A DNA stretch of 64,000 bases, taken from the NCBI RefSeq assembly GCF_006345805.1, contig NC_043004.1:70494001-70558000 (forward strand), written 5' to 3'. This document shows positions 12,869-24,186 of this stretch, in pieces. Each line of letters begins with the position of its first letter. The first letter of the stretch is position 1. Made by a program: the position numbers and the translations under genes. The stretch is from Octopus sinensis. Lineage: Eukaryota. Under the pieces are notes generated by a model that did not search any database, was not told the origin of the DNA, and saw only the letters and a list, made by a program, of their open reading frames with translations.

Positions 12869-13328
12869 ATCCCGATAAAATATATACCAGTTCAGCACTG
12901 AGGTCAGTATAAACGACTTAATTCTCCTCCCAAATTGGTGACCTTGTGCCAAAATTTGAAACCAATATATTTAAGCAAGTAAATATTTGTCACCTGTAGG
13001 GTACCCACAACATGACATGAGTGCAATATTCACTAATTAAATTTTATATAAATAGAATTCAAAATTCAAAGCAATAATATAACAAAACAAAACCATAAAC
13101 TGTGGTGAAGGATCACACAACAATCAATCAAATAAAAGAATGCTGATTCCATTAAATGCAAAGAGGTTTAATGGAATTGCTCATTTTATCAAAAGTAGGC
13201 AAGTTGACAGTTTGTAAAGACTGTGAACAAAGTGATGAAAGTACCTGATGGGAAATGTTCCTGAAGTAATTAAATATTTTTAATGTTTTTTTAGGTGATT
13301 TTTACTTTAACCTAATGAAGTGGGTTAT

Positions 13329-13615
13329 GAAGACACATGGCTCAGTGGCTAGAGCATTGGGATTACAGTCGCAAGGTTGTAAGTTTGATTCTCAAGCTGG
13401 GCTGTGTTCTTGAGCAAGACACTTTATTTCATGTTGCTCCATTTCACTTAGTTGTAGAATGTCGCTGGTGCCTAGCTGTATCAGCATTTGCCTTTCCCTT
13501 GGATAATATTGGTACCACGGAGAGGGGAGGCTGGTATGCATGGACAACTGCTAGTCTTCCACTAAGCCACCTTGCCTGGAGGGGAAGTTTCTAGGTGCAA
13601 CCCAAAGGGGGTCTT
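13329..13615 (+). mobile_element. tRNA-derived SINE, family C
   Basis: A box tggctcagtgg; body matches 1948-2258. Confidence 0.8.
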
Positions 13616-14105
13616 TACCTTTTACCCAATGAAGTAGATTAAAGAAGTCAGAGAAACCAGAAATATATAAAACAAAAAGAACTACTTTGACAAATACTTG
13701 TTTTAGATATTTTAACCAACACAATCCTGCTAATATGACAACGAGAAAGCAATCTTTAAGATATCAATCTCCTAATCTCTAAATGATATTTTTATATGAT
13801 TTAGCTGTTGGCTGTTAATAATTTATACATAGATTCAGTCTCCAAGTATATGCCATAATCAAGTAACTAACTAATCTAGGCCATATTAATCTAGTTATTT
13901 CAAGGACAAGATTTAAGCTGACAGCATTAAGTAGCTTTCACAAAGGAAATCACAACAGTCTGAAGTCAGTAGTATGCAGTGGAATCCACAGATGAAACTT
14001 TGTTTCCAAGATACACTGTTGTCACTGTGCTATTATTATTATTATTATTATCATCATCGTCATTATTATTATCCTCATCATCGTTATTATTATTATTGTT
14101 ATTAT

Positions 14106-14336
14106 TAAGGCAGCAAGCTGGTAGAATCATTAGCATGCTGGGCAAAATTCTTAGTGGTATTTCATCTGCCGTTACATTCTGAGTTCAAATCACACCAGGG
14201 CTGACTTTGCCTTTCATCCTTTTGGGGCCTATTAAATAAGTACCAGTTATGCACTGGAGTTGATGTAATTGACTTAAACCCTTTCCCCAAATTTCAGGCC
14301 TTGTGCCTTTAGTAGAAAAGATTATTATTATTATTG

Positions 14337-14382
<46 letters not shown>

Positions 14383-14587
14383 GGTGGCAAACTGGCAGAA
14401 TTGTTAGCACGTTGTGCAAAATGCTCAATGGTATTTCATCTGTCTGTAACATTCTGAGTTCAAATTCCAGAGATGCACTTTGTCATTCATCCTTTCAGGG
14501 TTGATAAAATAAGTACCAGTTGTGTACCCCTCCCCACCACCACCACCACCACCACGAAATTTGAGGCCTTGTGCCAAAATTTGAAAT
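14106..14587 (+). mobile_element. Two tandem SINE family B copies separated by (ATT)n
   Basis: Copies at 14106-14320 and 14381-14587. Confidence 0.8.
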
Positions 14588-15145
14588 TATTGTTATTGTT
14601 GTTGTTGTTGTTATTACTATTTTATTTAATGCGTTCCCAATCTTTTGCTGAGAATCCGATTCCCAATCTTTTGCTGAGAATCATGCAATGCTAACTCTTT
14701 ACAACCAAGATTTTCTGAGATTACTCATTAAATTCTCTGGGAAATTAAATGTGGGTATAATTAAAAAGTAGTTGTGGTAAAGATAATTGGGATAAAGAAT
14801 ATATTGGAAAAAAAAAAAACAAACAAATAGTTCTGAAGTAGTTACAATTTGATAGCTTGTACCATACTTTCGCTTATTGTTTTAGGTACTTATATAATTG
14901 TAAGCAGACCTAGGCCCTCTTTCAGCCTTCCCAACTTTTGGCTTAGTGAAATATTAGGGATGTGATGACTGGAGGAAGTGAGGATTGCCCTGGCATTAAG
15001 CTGGCATTCACTGTCAGCTGTGTATACTGAAATAACGTGAAATGAAGGGCACTGCTTAATCCCTTTCTTGCTATATTTCTGCTGAAATAAACTGCCTTTG
15101 ATTCAGCTAATTTGGCAAATAATGAAAAATTTAGTCAAGTTATTA

Positions 15146-15191
<46 letters not shown>

Positions 15192-15221
15192 TACCATCTA
15201 CCACACCTACCATCATCATCA

Positions 15222-15898
15222 TCGTTTAACATCTGCTTTCCATGCTGCCATGAGTTGGATGGTTTGACTGCAAACTGGTAAACTGGTGGCTGCTGCACCA
15301 GGTTCCAATCTGATTTGGCAAGATGATTTCGTCTAGATGCCCTTCTTAATGACAACCACTCCAAGAGTGTAGTGGGTGCTTTTTATATGCCACTGGCATG
15401 GGTGCCGTTGACCTGACACCAGCATCAGCCACAACCTGACAGGTTAACACAAACACAGTATATTGCCAAGGGACTTATATCATTTTGACCAGATTAGTTG
15501 GGGATGAGTACGCATATATGAAATATGATCTTCAGTCGTTGAGTCTTATGGAGAAGATGACAAATGACTAAGACTTCTGGACCCTAACCTTAATGTCAAG
15601 GTAAGTGAAATTATGCTCATGGCCGGTGCCAGTGATATATAAAAGGTACCCATGCTGGTGGCATGTAAAAGGCACTTATGCCAGTGAAATGTAAAAGGCA
15701 CCTGTACAAGTAACGCATAAAAGATACCCAGTACACTTTGTAAAGTGGTTGGCCTTAGTAAGGGTATCCAGCCATAGAAACCACACCAAAATAGATGACT
15801 GGAACATGGTGCAGCTCTCCAGTTTATCAGATCCAGTCAAACGGTGGAACCCATCCCACATGGTAAATAGCTGTTAAATGATGATGATGATGATGATG
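15222..15898. mobile_element. Two RTE 3'UTR fragments in opposite orientation
   Basis: 15222-15440 (-) and 15620-15898 (+), each ending in (gat)n. Confidence 0.7.
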
Positions 15899-16559
15899 TA
15901 TATGCCTGTGTGTATTACATGGAGTGAAGGCAAGTATCTCAGAAGGCTGACAACCATGATGTTATCTGCCCATTAAAATTCTACAACTCTGAGCATCTAT
16001 CGCCTCTTTAGGCTACAGATATGGTGTACATGATGATGATGATGATAATCCTTTCTATGAAAGGTACAAGGCCTGAAATTTGGGGGAGGGGGCTAGTCGA
16101 TTACATAGCATGGGGAAATGGGTATAAAACCAAATAAGTAAAAAGTGGGATAATATAATGGTAGACTTAAATTGTTTATGAACTGAAAAATCTCCTTCAC
16201 TTCATATAACATGCCCTCTTGAGAAAATGTCTGAAAAGATTACCACCCCACCCAAACCCTTAACCCAACCACTCTACTTATATTTCTCCTGGAAGATTTC
16301 AAAAACTTAATCAGTACCTAGTAAAGGGAACTTCAGCCTTCTTTACTGAGTGTAATATTTATGACCCTGCAGCAGGCAGCAGTGGTAGTGGAGGTGCCAG
16401 TGGTAGCAGTGGTGCTTTAGGTGATGATGATCATCATCATGGTCATGATGGTTATGATGATGATGATGATGATGATGATGATTAAATCATCATCATGGAA
16501 GATATATGGGAATGTAGTGTATATCATCATCACCATCATCATCATCATCATCATCATCA

Positions 16560-16850
16560 TTTAATGTCTACTTTCCATGCAAGCATGGGTTGGACAGTTT
16601 GACAGGAGCCGGCCAGGTGGAAGACCACCTCAAGCAGTTGTGTCTGTTTTGGCAGGGTTTTTACAGCTGGATGCCCTTCCTAACACCAATCACTCTGCAG
16701 AGTGGACTGATGCCTTTTCATGTAGCACCAGCACAAGCGAGGTCAGTTTTGGCAAGGTTTTTACAGTTGGATGGCCTTCCAAATGCCAACCACTGTACAG
16801 TGTGAACTGGAAGGTTCTTTTGTGTGGCACCAACACTGGTAGGGCCACCA
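16560..16850 (-). mobile_element. RTE LINE 3'UTR fragment
   Basis: Matches the 54400-54683 region. Confidence 0.7.
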
Positions 16851-16895
16851 AGTAAACAAACTGTGAAAGTGTGAAATGTGTTTGGTATTTTATAG

Positions 16896-16949
16896 ACAAG
16901 AAAGTAAATTTCAAATGCAGTGAAGCTGTTAAAATAGCCAAAAGATCAG
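16896..16949 (+). CDS. Candidate 54-nt phase 1-1 exon xKKVNFKCSEAVKIAKRS
   Basis: Bounded by ggtattttatag| and CAG|gtaatt; only one frame is open; no homology recognised. Confidence 0.18.
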
Positions 16950-17150
16950 GTAATTACCTTTATAAGACAGAAAAAATGAGCCAGCAGGCAGCTATAGCAG
17001 TTGAACCTAAACAACTCAGATACTGGCTGGGTACTCTACCATTAAGCTAAACAGAACACTGACAACAATTACCATCAGTTCTAAACCTAAAATACCTAAT
17101 ATCAGCCCTAGTAGTTATGCATATGCATGTGGTATATATATATATAGACA

Positions 17151-17294
17151 CAGAAGTGGCTGTGTGGTAAGTAGCTTGCTTACCAACCACGTGATTTCCA
17201 GGTTCAGTCCCACTGCATGGCATCTTCTACTATAGCCTCGGGTCGACCAAAGCCTTGTGAGTGGATTTGGTAGATGGAAACTGAAAGAAGTCTG

Positions 17295-17338
<44 letters not shown>

Positions 17339-17568
17339 TTATATGTGTGTATATGTATATGTTTGTGTGTCTGTGCTTGTCCCCCCATCATCACTTGACA
17401 ACCAATGTTGGTGTGTTTACATCTCTGTATCTTAGCAGTTTGGCAAAAGAGACCGATAGAATAAGTACTAGGCTTACAAAGAATAGGTCTTGGGGGCGAT
17501 GTATTTGACTAAAGGCAGTGCTCCAGCATGGCCACAGCCAAATGACTGAAACAAATAAAAGAAAAAAG
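17151..17568 (+). mobile_element. Bipartite SINE family A
   Basis: Head, internal (TA)n/(TG)n and 3' half. Confidence 0.85.
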
Positions 17569-17597
17569 AAATATATATATATATATATATATATATA

Positions 17598-17810
17598 CTT
17601 TATTTAAAGCAGCAGAAAATTCAACAAAACCTGTTACTCTGAGTTTCACGTTGCTAGATTCTAGCAAAAACTGTCCGACGAACGGCAACGTGAAACTCAG
17701 AGTAACAGGTTTTGTTGAATTTTCTGCTGCTTTAAATAAAGCATATTACTCTACCACTGGTATTTGAGTACTCTTTTTTCCACCTTGTTTCACATTTATG
17801 TGTTTACTCC

Positions 17811-17814
<4 letters not shown>
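17598..17814 (+). mobile_element. Penelope-like pseudo-LTR remnant with a 57-bp inverted repeat
   Basis: Perfect arms 17598-17654 and 17685-17741; contains a hammerhead fold; flanked by (TA)n; second copy at 30870. Confidence 0.7.
17668..17711 (+). ncRNA. Minimal type I hammerhead ribozyme (U4C variant)
   Basis: Stem I CTGT/ACAG, core CCGACGA, stem II ACG-GCAA-CGT, GAAA, stem III ACT-CAG-AGT, cleavage triplet GUA (cut after 17704). Confidence 0.65.
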
Positions 17815-17869
<55 letters not shown>

Positions 17870-17924
17870 CGATAGATAGATAGGTAGATATATTAATAGT
17901 AATAGTATGACACGAAAAGAATGA

Positions 17925-18090
17925 ATTATGTAAATAGAGGAGTTTATCATTAAGATAATATGTGACAATTATTCAGTTGCCATAACGCATTTTTGTTTTG
18001 TCTTAATAACTGATGACATGCTGGAGCAGATTTCCGCCGTAACATCCGAAACTTGGAGTTTTATTATGGCAACCAAATAATTGTCACATA
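17925..18090 (+). mobile_element. Second Penelope-like pseudo-LTR remnant with a 27-bp inverted repeat
   Basis: Arms 17959-17985 and 18064-18090 match at 25/27 and enclose a hammerhead core. Confidence 0.65.
18004..18066 (+). ncRNA. Type I hammerhead ribozyme with canonical core and a damaged base of stem II
   Basis: Stem I TAATAA/TTATTA, CTGATGA 18010-18016, ATG/CAT stem II, GAAA 18048-18051, stem III ACT-TGG-AGT, triplet GUU (cut after 18060). Confidence 0.7.
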
Positions 18091-18102
18091 TACAGATATA
18101 TA

Positions 18103-18138
<36 letters not shown>

Positions 18139-18174
18139 TATAAATATACATATGTATATATCATCATCATCATC

Positions 18175-18325
18175 ATTTAATGTCCGTTGTCCATGGGTTG
18201 TCCATGGGTTGTCCATGGGTTGTCCATGGGTTGTATGGTTTGACCGGGCTGGCAAGCTGGAAGGCTGCACCAGATGCTAGTCTGATTTGGCAAGGTTTTC
18301 TACGGCTGGATGTCCTTCCTAATAC
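18175..18325 (-). mobile_element. RTE 3' tail fragment with an internal 11-bp tandem amplification
   Basis: ttgtccatggg x4.4 at 18187-18234 inside the usual RTE tail. Confidence 0.75.
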
Positions 18326-19211
18326 ATAGACAAAGAAGAGTCTATCCCCACACACACATACATACACATATATCTACCCACACACTTATATTGTATATGA
18401 GTGGGTGTATGTATACATGGTGTGTGTATGTGCGTGTGAAGATAGTTTTGTTCTATGATACAGTCCAGTGTTTCCATTTATCGTTGTGTCAGATGTTTTG
18501 GAGAGAGTGCTTAGCAACAGTGTTACATGTCATCAAGAGAAAGCAAATACATAATTGTTTGCGTTATCAATGTCCAAGTAAATTGTGCTGCTGAAGTGTT
18601 TTTGAGTGTTTTGGGGTGTCTCATATAACGAAATACACACACACAAACACACTCATACACACAGACACATACACACACTCACACACATATCGGCATATAC
18701 ATTACATACCATACTTTCCTTGATGGGTTTTCTAGGGTTTTTTTTATATAATTGTTTTATGACGAATTGTCTAACTCTTGGACATTAAGCACACACACAC
18801 ACACACACACACAGATACACACACACACACAGATACACATACAACTATGGATATTTGTACGATTTTTCTTTGAGCTTATTTAAGTTCTTCTTCGGAGAGT
18901 TCAAGCCAATCACTAACAAAGTGACAAGACATTTTGAGTTAAGAGTGGCCCCAGGGTTTGTATGTATGTATGTTCATATGTATGTACGTATGTGTGTGTG
19001 TGTGTATTTGTATGTTTGTGGAAGGTAGGTAGATTAGATAGTTGGCTGACAGTATGGGTGATGTATTGAATGGATAGCTATATAGACACACAGGCTGGTT
19101 GGCAAGATGGTTGAATGGATGAAGGACTAGTTAGGTATTTTATTTGAACAAAATGCAGGATAACTGTGACTTCGAAGTTTCACCACCAGTTGCTCATCAT
19201 ACAATGAATCA

Positions 19212-19571
19212 CCGCTGCATAGTACCTTGGGCAAATGTCTTCTATTATAGCCTTAGGCCAACCAAAGCCTTTTGAGTGGATTTGGTGGACGGAAACTGAA
19301 AGAAGCCAGTCATATATATACATATTTCCATATACCTCTGTGGGTATCTTTGTGTCTCTGTTTCCCCCCCACCGCCACTGCTTGACAATTGGTGTTGGTG
19401 TGTTTATGTCCCCATAACTTAGCAGTTCAGTAAAAGAGTCTGATAGAATAAGTACTAGGCTTAAATAAAAAATAAGTCGCGGGGTCGATTTGTTTGACCA
19501 AAAATAACCCTTTAAGGCAGTGCTCCAGCATGGCCACAGTCAAATGACTTAAACAAGTAAAAGAATAAAAG
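19212..19571 (+). mobile_element. Bipartite SINE family A, 5'-truncated
   Basis: Consensus match. Confidence 0.8.
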
Positions 19572-19775
19572 TATAAGAATATGAGTATGCAACCAAGAAG
19601 CCTATGGGCAACGGCCTACAAGCAAATAACGACATGCTGCATAATCAAACCAAGTAAAACCAGGTTTATTGAAAGAGACATGCAGAAGTCTGGTGTATTC
19701 TTTTGCTTGGCCAGTTCCTATCAAACCATCCAACCCATGCCAACACAAGAGGCAGACGTTAAACGATGATGATGA

Positions 19776-19825
<50 letters not shown>

Positions 19826-19827
<2 letters not shown>

Positions 19828-19917
19828 GCAAGTGTCTTCTACTATAGCCTTGGGCCGACCAATGCCTTGTGAGTGGATTTGGTAGACGGAAACTGAAAGA
19901 AGCCTGTCATATATATG

Positions 19918-19954
<37 letters not shown>

Positions 19955-20155
19955 TTGTGTGTCTGTGTTTGTCCCCCTAGCATTGCTTGACAACCGATGC
20001 TGGTGTGTTTGCGTCCCCGTCACTTAGCGGTTCGGCAAAAGAGACCGATAGAATAAGTACTGGGCTTACAAAGAATAGTTCCCGGGGTCGAGTTGCTCGA
20101 TTAAAGGCGGTGCTCCAGCATGGACGCAGTCAAATGACTGAAACAAGTAAAGAGA
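19826..20155 (+). mobile_element. Bipartite SINE family A, 5'-truncated, low divergence
   Basis: Consensus match with many CpG retained. Confidence 0.85.
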
Positions 20156-20169
20156 GTATATATATATAT

Positions 20170-20515
20170 GAAGGCACATAGCTCAGTGGTTAGAGCATTG
20201 GGCTCACAATCATGAGGTAGTGAGTTTGATTCCCAGGCTGGGTTGTGGGTTGTGTGTTGTGTTTTTGAGCAAGCCACTTTATTTCATGTACTTGCAGTTC
20301 ACTCAAATGTAGAAATGATTTGCAACGTCACCGGTGCCAAGCTGTATCGGCCCCTTTTCTTTTCTCTCGAATAACATCAGTGGTGTGGAGAAGGGAGGGT
20401 GGTATGCATGGGTGACTGCTGGTCATCCATATTCAACCTTGCCTGGACTTGTGCCTCAGAGAGTAACTGTTTAGGCGTAATCCCATGGTCGTTTATGACC
20501 GAGGTGGATCTTTAC
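20170..20515 (+). mobile_element. tRNA-derived SINE, family C
   Basis: A and B boxes plus the family C body. Confidence 0.8.
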
Positions 20516-20922
20516 CCCATATGTGTCTGTGTGTGTGTGTGTGTACATGCATGCACGTTTGTGTGTATGTAAGAGAGGAAACCTGTATAAGACTGTGTAG
20601 AGGTAGATACCATTTTACAAATAAGCAATATTAAATGGCAAAACTGACAAGTATGTGGCAGCAACATCAGATATATTTGTACACAAATAGGCATCTATAT
20701 ACAGGCTAGAAGAAAAAATGAGCAAAAGTGCTATTGTGCAAGAAATCCAAGACTGTATATGTAGAAGAGAAGGTAGACATGTGTACTTGTACAAATATGC
20801 TTTGTGGTTCATGCTTGTGTAGTTAGGCAAATAAGTATAAAGACAGGTTTACCAAATATAGAGAGATAAAGAAAAGGAGAAGGAGAGAGAGAGAAGGGGG
20901 ATAACTAGGTAGGTAGATAGAC

Positions 20923-20973
<51 letters not shown>

Positions 20974-21249
20974 TAGATAGATAGATAGATAGATAGATAA
21001 GTTTCTTTATTAGCCACACAGGGCCAAACACAGAGAGGACAAAATACAATGTAGAGCCTTTCTTTTCGAAAATAGAAAAAAAAAAGAGAAAAATAAAGTT
21101 TCAGTCAAAAGAGATCATGAGAAAAAGAAACCATTAAAAGGGATCATGTATTACAGAAAATATTAGAAATGTAAAAAGCAAGATTAGGTTTATCTGTGGA
21201 AAAAAAAGCCTACATAAGAGACCAAGGTAACCTGAGGCAGGGGGGGAAT

Positions 21250-21790
<541 letters not shown>

Positions 21791-22253
21791 TAAAAGAAAT
21801 TACTTGTCAAAATCTACGACCAAACTGCAGTAAAACATTAGTTAAGTAAACACATGAAACATTAAAAATCTAACGAGAAAAAACAATATTACTCAAGGAT
21901 TAATCTTCCTTTTGCCCACCATTTTCCCAACAATTTCTAACATCTTTCTGCTTTCTAATAAGCATCATCACAGAAAAATAACTTCACTGTAACTGCTAGA
22001 TTAGTAAGTGAACCACTTTCGAGTAACTACACAGAAATGCATATCTGTTGATTAAGTAAAAAAATTGTTTAGAAATTTAAATCGTTTTGAACATGTATTT
22101 CTGTATATTTACTAACTGATTCGTTCTTTACCACTTCTGTGAATTATGGGCATGCTACACTCCACTAAGGAAATCTAATAAAAGCAAAAATACATCTAAA
22201 GTTGTCTCCTGTATCTAGTACGAAAATTTAAATATTAATTATAATCAAGCATA

Positions 22254-22675
22254 GGCGCGGGAGTGGCTGTGTGGTAAGTAGCTTGCTTACCAACCACATG
22301 GTTCCGGGTTCAGTCCCACTGCATGGCACCTTGGGCAAGTGTCTTCTACTATAACCTCTGACCGATTGAAGCCTTGTGAGTGGATTTGGTAGATGGTAAC
22401 TAAAAGAAGCCTGTCATATATATATATATATATATATATCTGTATGTATATATGTATGAGTATGTTTGTGTGTCTGTGTTTGCCCCCCCCCCCCCCACCA
22501 TAGCTTGACAACTGATGTTGGTGTGTTTATGTCCCTGTAACTTAGCAGTTCGGCAAAAGAGACCAATAGAATAAATACTAGGCTTACAAAGAATAAGTCC
22601 TGGGGTCGATTTGTTCAACTAAAGGCGGTGCTCCAGCATGGCCACAGTCGAATGACCGAAACAAATAAAAGTAAA
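22254..22675 (+). mobile_element. Bipartite SINE family A, full length
   Basis: ggcgcgggagtggctgtgtggtaag head, B box ggttcagtcc, internal microsatellite and 3' half. Confidence 0.88.
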
Positions 22676-23439
22676 ACTAATATTGTTGTGTTTTTTTCTT
22701 ATCAGGTGCAGTTGTGTGGTTTAGAAGTTTCAGGTTCAGTCCCACAGCACAGCACCTTGGCCAAGTAGCTTCTGCTGCAGTCCCAGACATCATAATATAA
22801 TTCCCCCACCCTCCTCACTACTGCCTTTACCTACATCCCAACTACATTCATTAAACTCCCATCTCCTCATTGACTACAACTCAGAGCTTCCAGGATATTA
22901 AACACTTTATAAGCCAACACTGTGTTCTACTGTGTTAGCAGTGCTATTAAATCACTTTTTAAGGTCATCTCTACAAATTTTCTATAGAAATTATAGCTTG
23001 CACTGATTCGTTACGACATTTTGTACTCAAATGCACCTCATGAAAACAATGTGGTTAAGGATGGAAAAATAGGCAATGGCTGCATATGCATATTTCATAA
23101 GTTCTTGCTCTGTTTTCAACACCACAACCAACCCATTAACCATCCACAAACTCATTGCTTATATAGCCACAAAATATAATAGTGTAACACTTTGTAGTAT
23201 ATTATAGTTGCATAACAAAACACTGTGTCCCTACAAATAATTAATGTGTATGTTAGCATGCAGGACAAAATGCTTTGCAGCATTTCATCCGTTTTTCCAT
23301 TCCGAGTTCAAATTCTGCCAAGATTGACTTTGCTTTTCATCATTCCAGGGTCAATAAAATAAGAACCAGTTGAATACTGGGGTCGATGTAATCGACTTCA
23401 TCCCTCCTCAGAAATTACTGGCCTTGTGATTATTATCAT

Positions 23440-23719
23440 TAAGGCAGACTAAGGTGACACTTGTTTTACTGGTCATGCTTCAAGAACCCTGCGAAGAATT
23501 CTTGCAGTTCCAAGCAATGCTGATTTTTCTAGGTGCTTTACATTCACACTTGCACCAATCTTTTTCAGCCATGTTGGTAGTTGAGTGCTGATACTTCCAA
23601 GTGCACCAATTACTGTTGGTATCACATCTACTCTCTTCATTGACCTCAACCTATTTCCCACTTTAAATCATCATAGTTGTTTATTTTTCCTTCTTCTTTC
23701 ACATTGATCCTGTTGTCAT
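23440..23719 (-). mobile_element. R4/Dong-like RLE non-LTR retrotransposon, 3' fragment
   Basis: Encodes DNRINVKEEGKINNYDDLKWEI, then a frameshift to RLRSMKRVDVIPTVIGALG...KSALLGTARILRRVLEA*; preceded by (AAT)n. Confidence 0.85.
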
Positions 23720-23737
23720 ATTACTATTATTATTATT

Positions 23738-24186
23738 GAGTGAGAGAGCAGTGCATGCCATCAAAGTGACCCTGGGGTAAAATATACGAAGCCCAGTATA
23801 CCCATCATGACTACACATCTGATAAGGGTACACCAGGCACATGCATCACAACCATATGTGCGCGACATATGCAGGTGGGGATAAGGATGTTGAACAAACC
23901 ACCCATGTTTCCAAAGGTGAATTATCCAAACTCTAAGAATTCCTTTCAACACACAGCTATGATGCTCTCCCACTATCTCTGCTCGTGATCAGAGATGCAC
24001 ATATCGTCAGCCACTAAGGGACATGCTCAACTGATTAAGGTGAAACAACTGACAAGCAAATCTGTGGCAGAATATTTGCTGTAGCCCATCTTTTATACCA
24101 AAACAAAACAATGTACATGATAACACTTCCAATCAGTTAAGATCAGAAGCCATGAGAGCCACTGTCTGGTACTGCATCAGGGCATT
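23738..24186 (-). mobile_element. Unclassified (TAA)n-associated non-coding element, internally deleted copy
   Basis: Reverse complement of 36999-37551 with two internal deletions. Confidence 0.8.

Noticed and set aside
13146-13177. 11-bp inverted repeat with a 10-nt loop
   Set aside because: AT-rich and short; expected by chance
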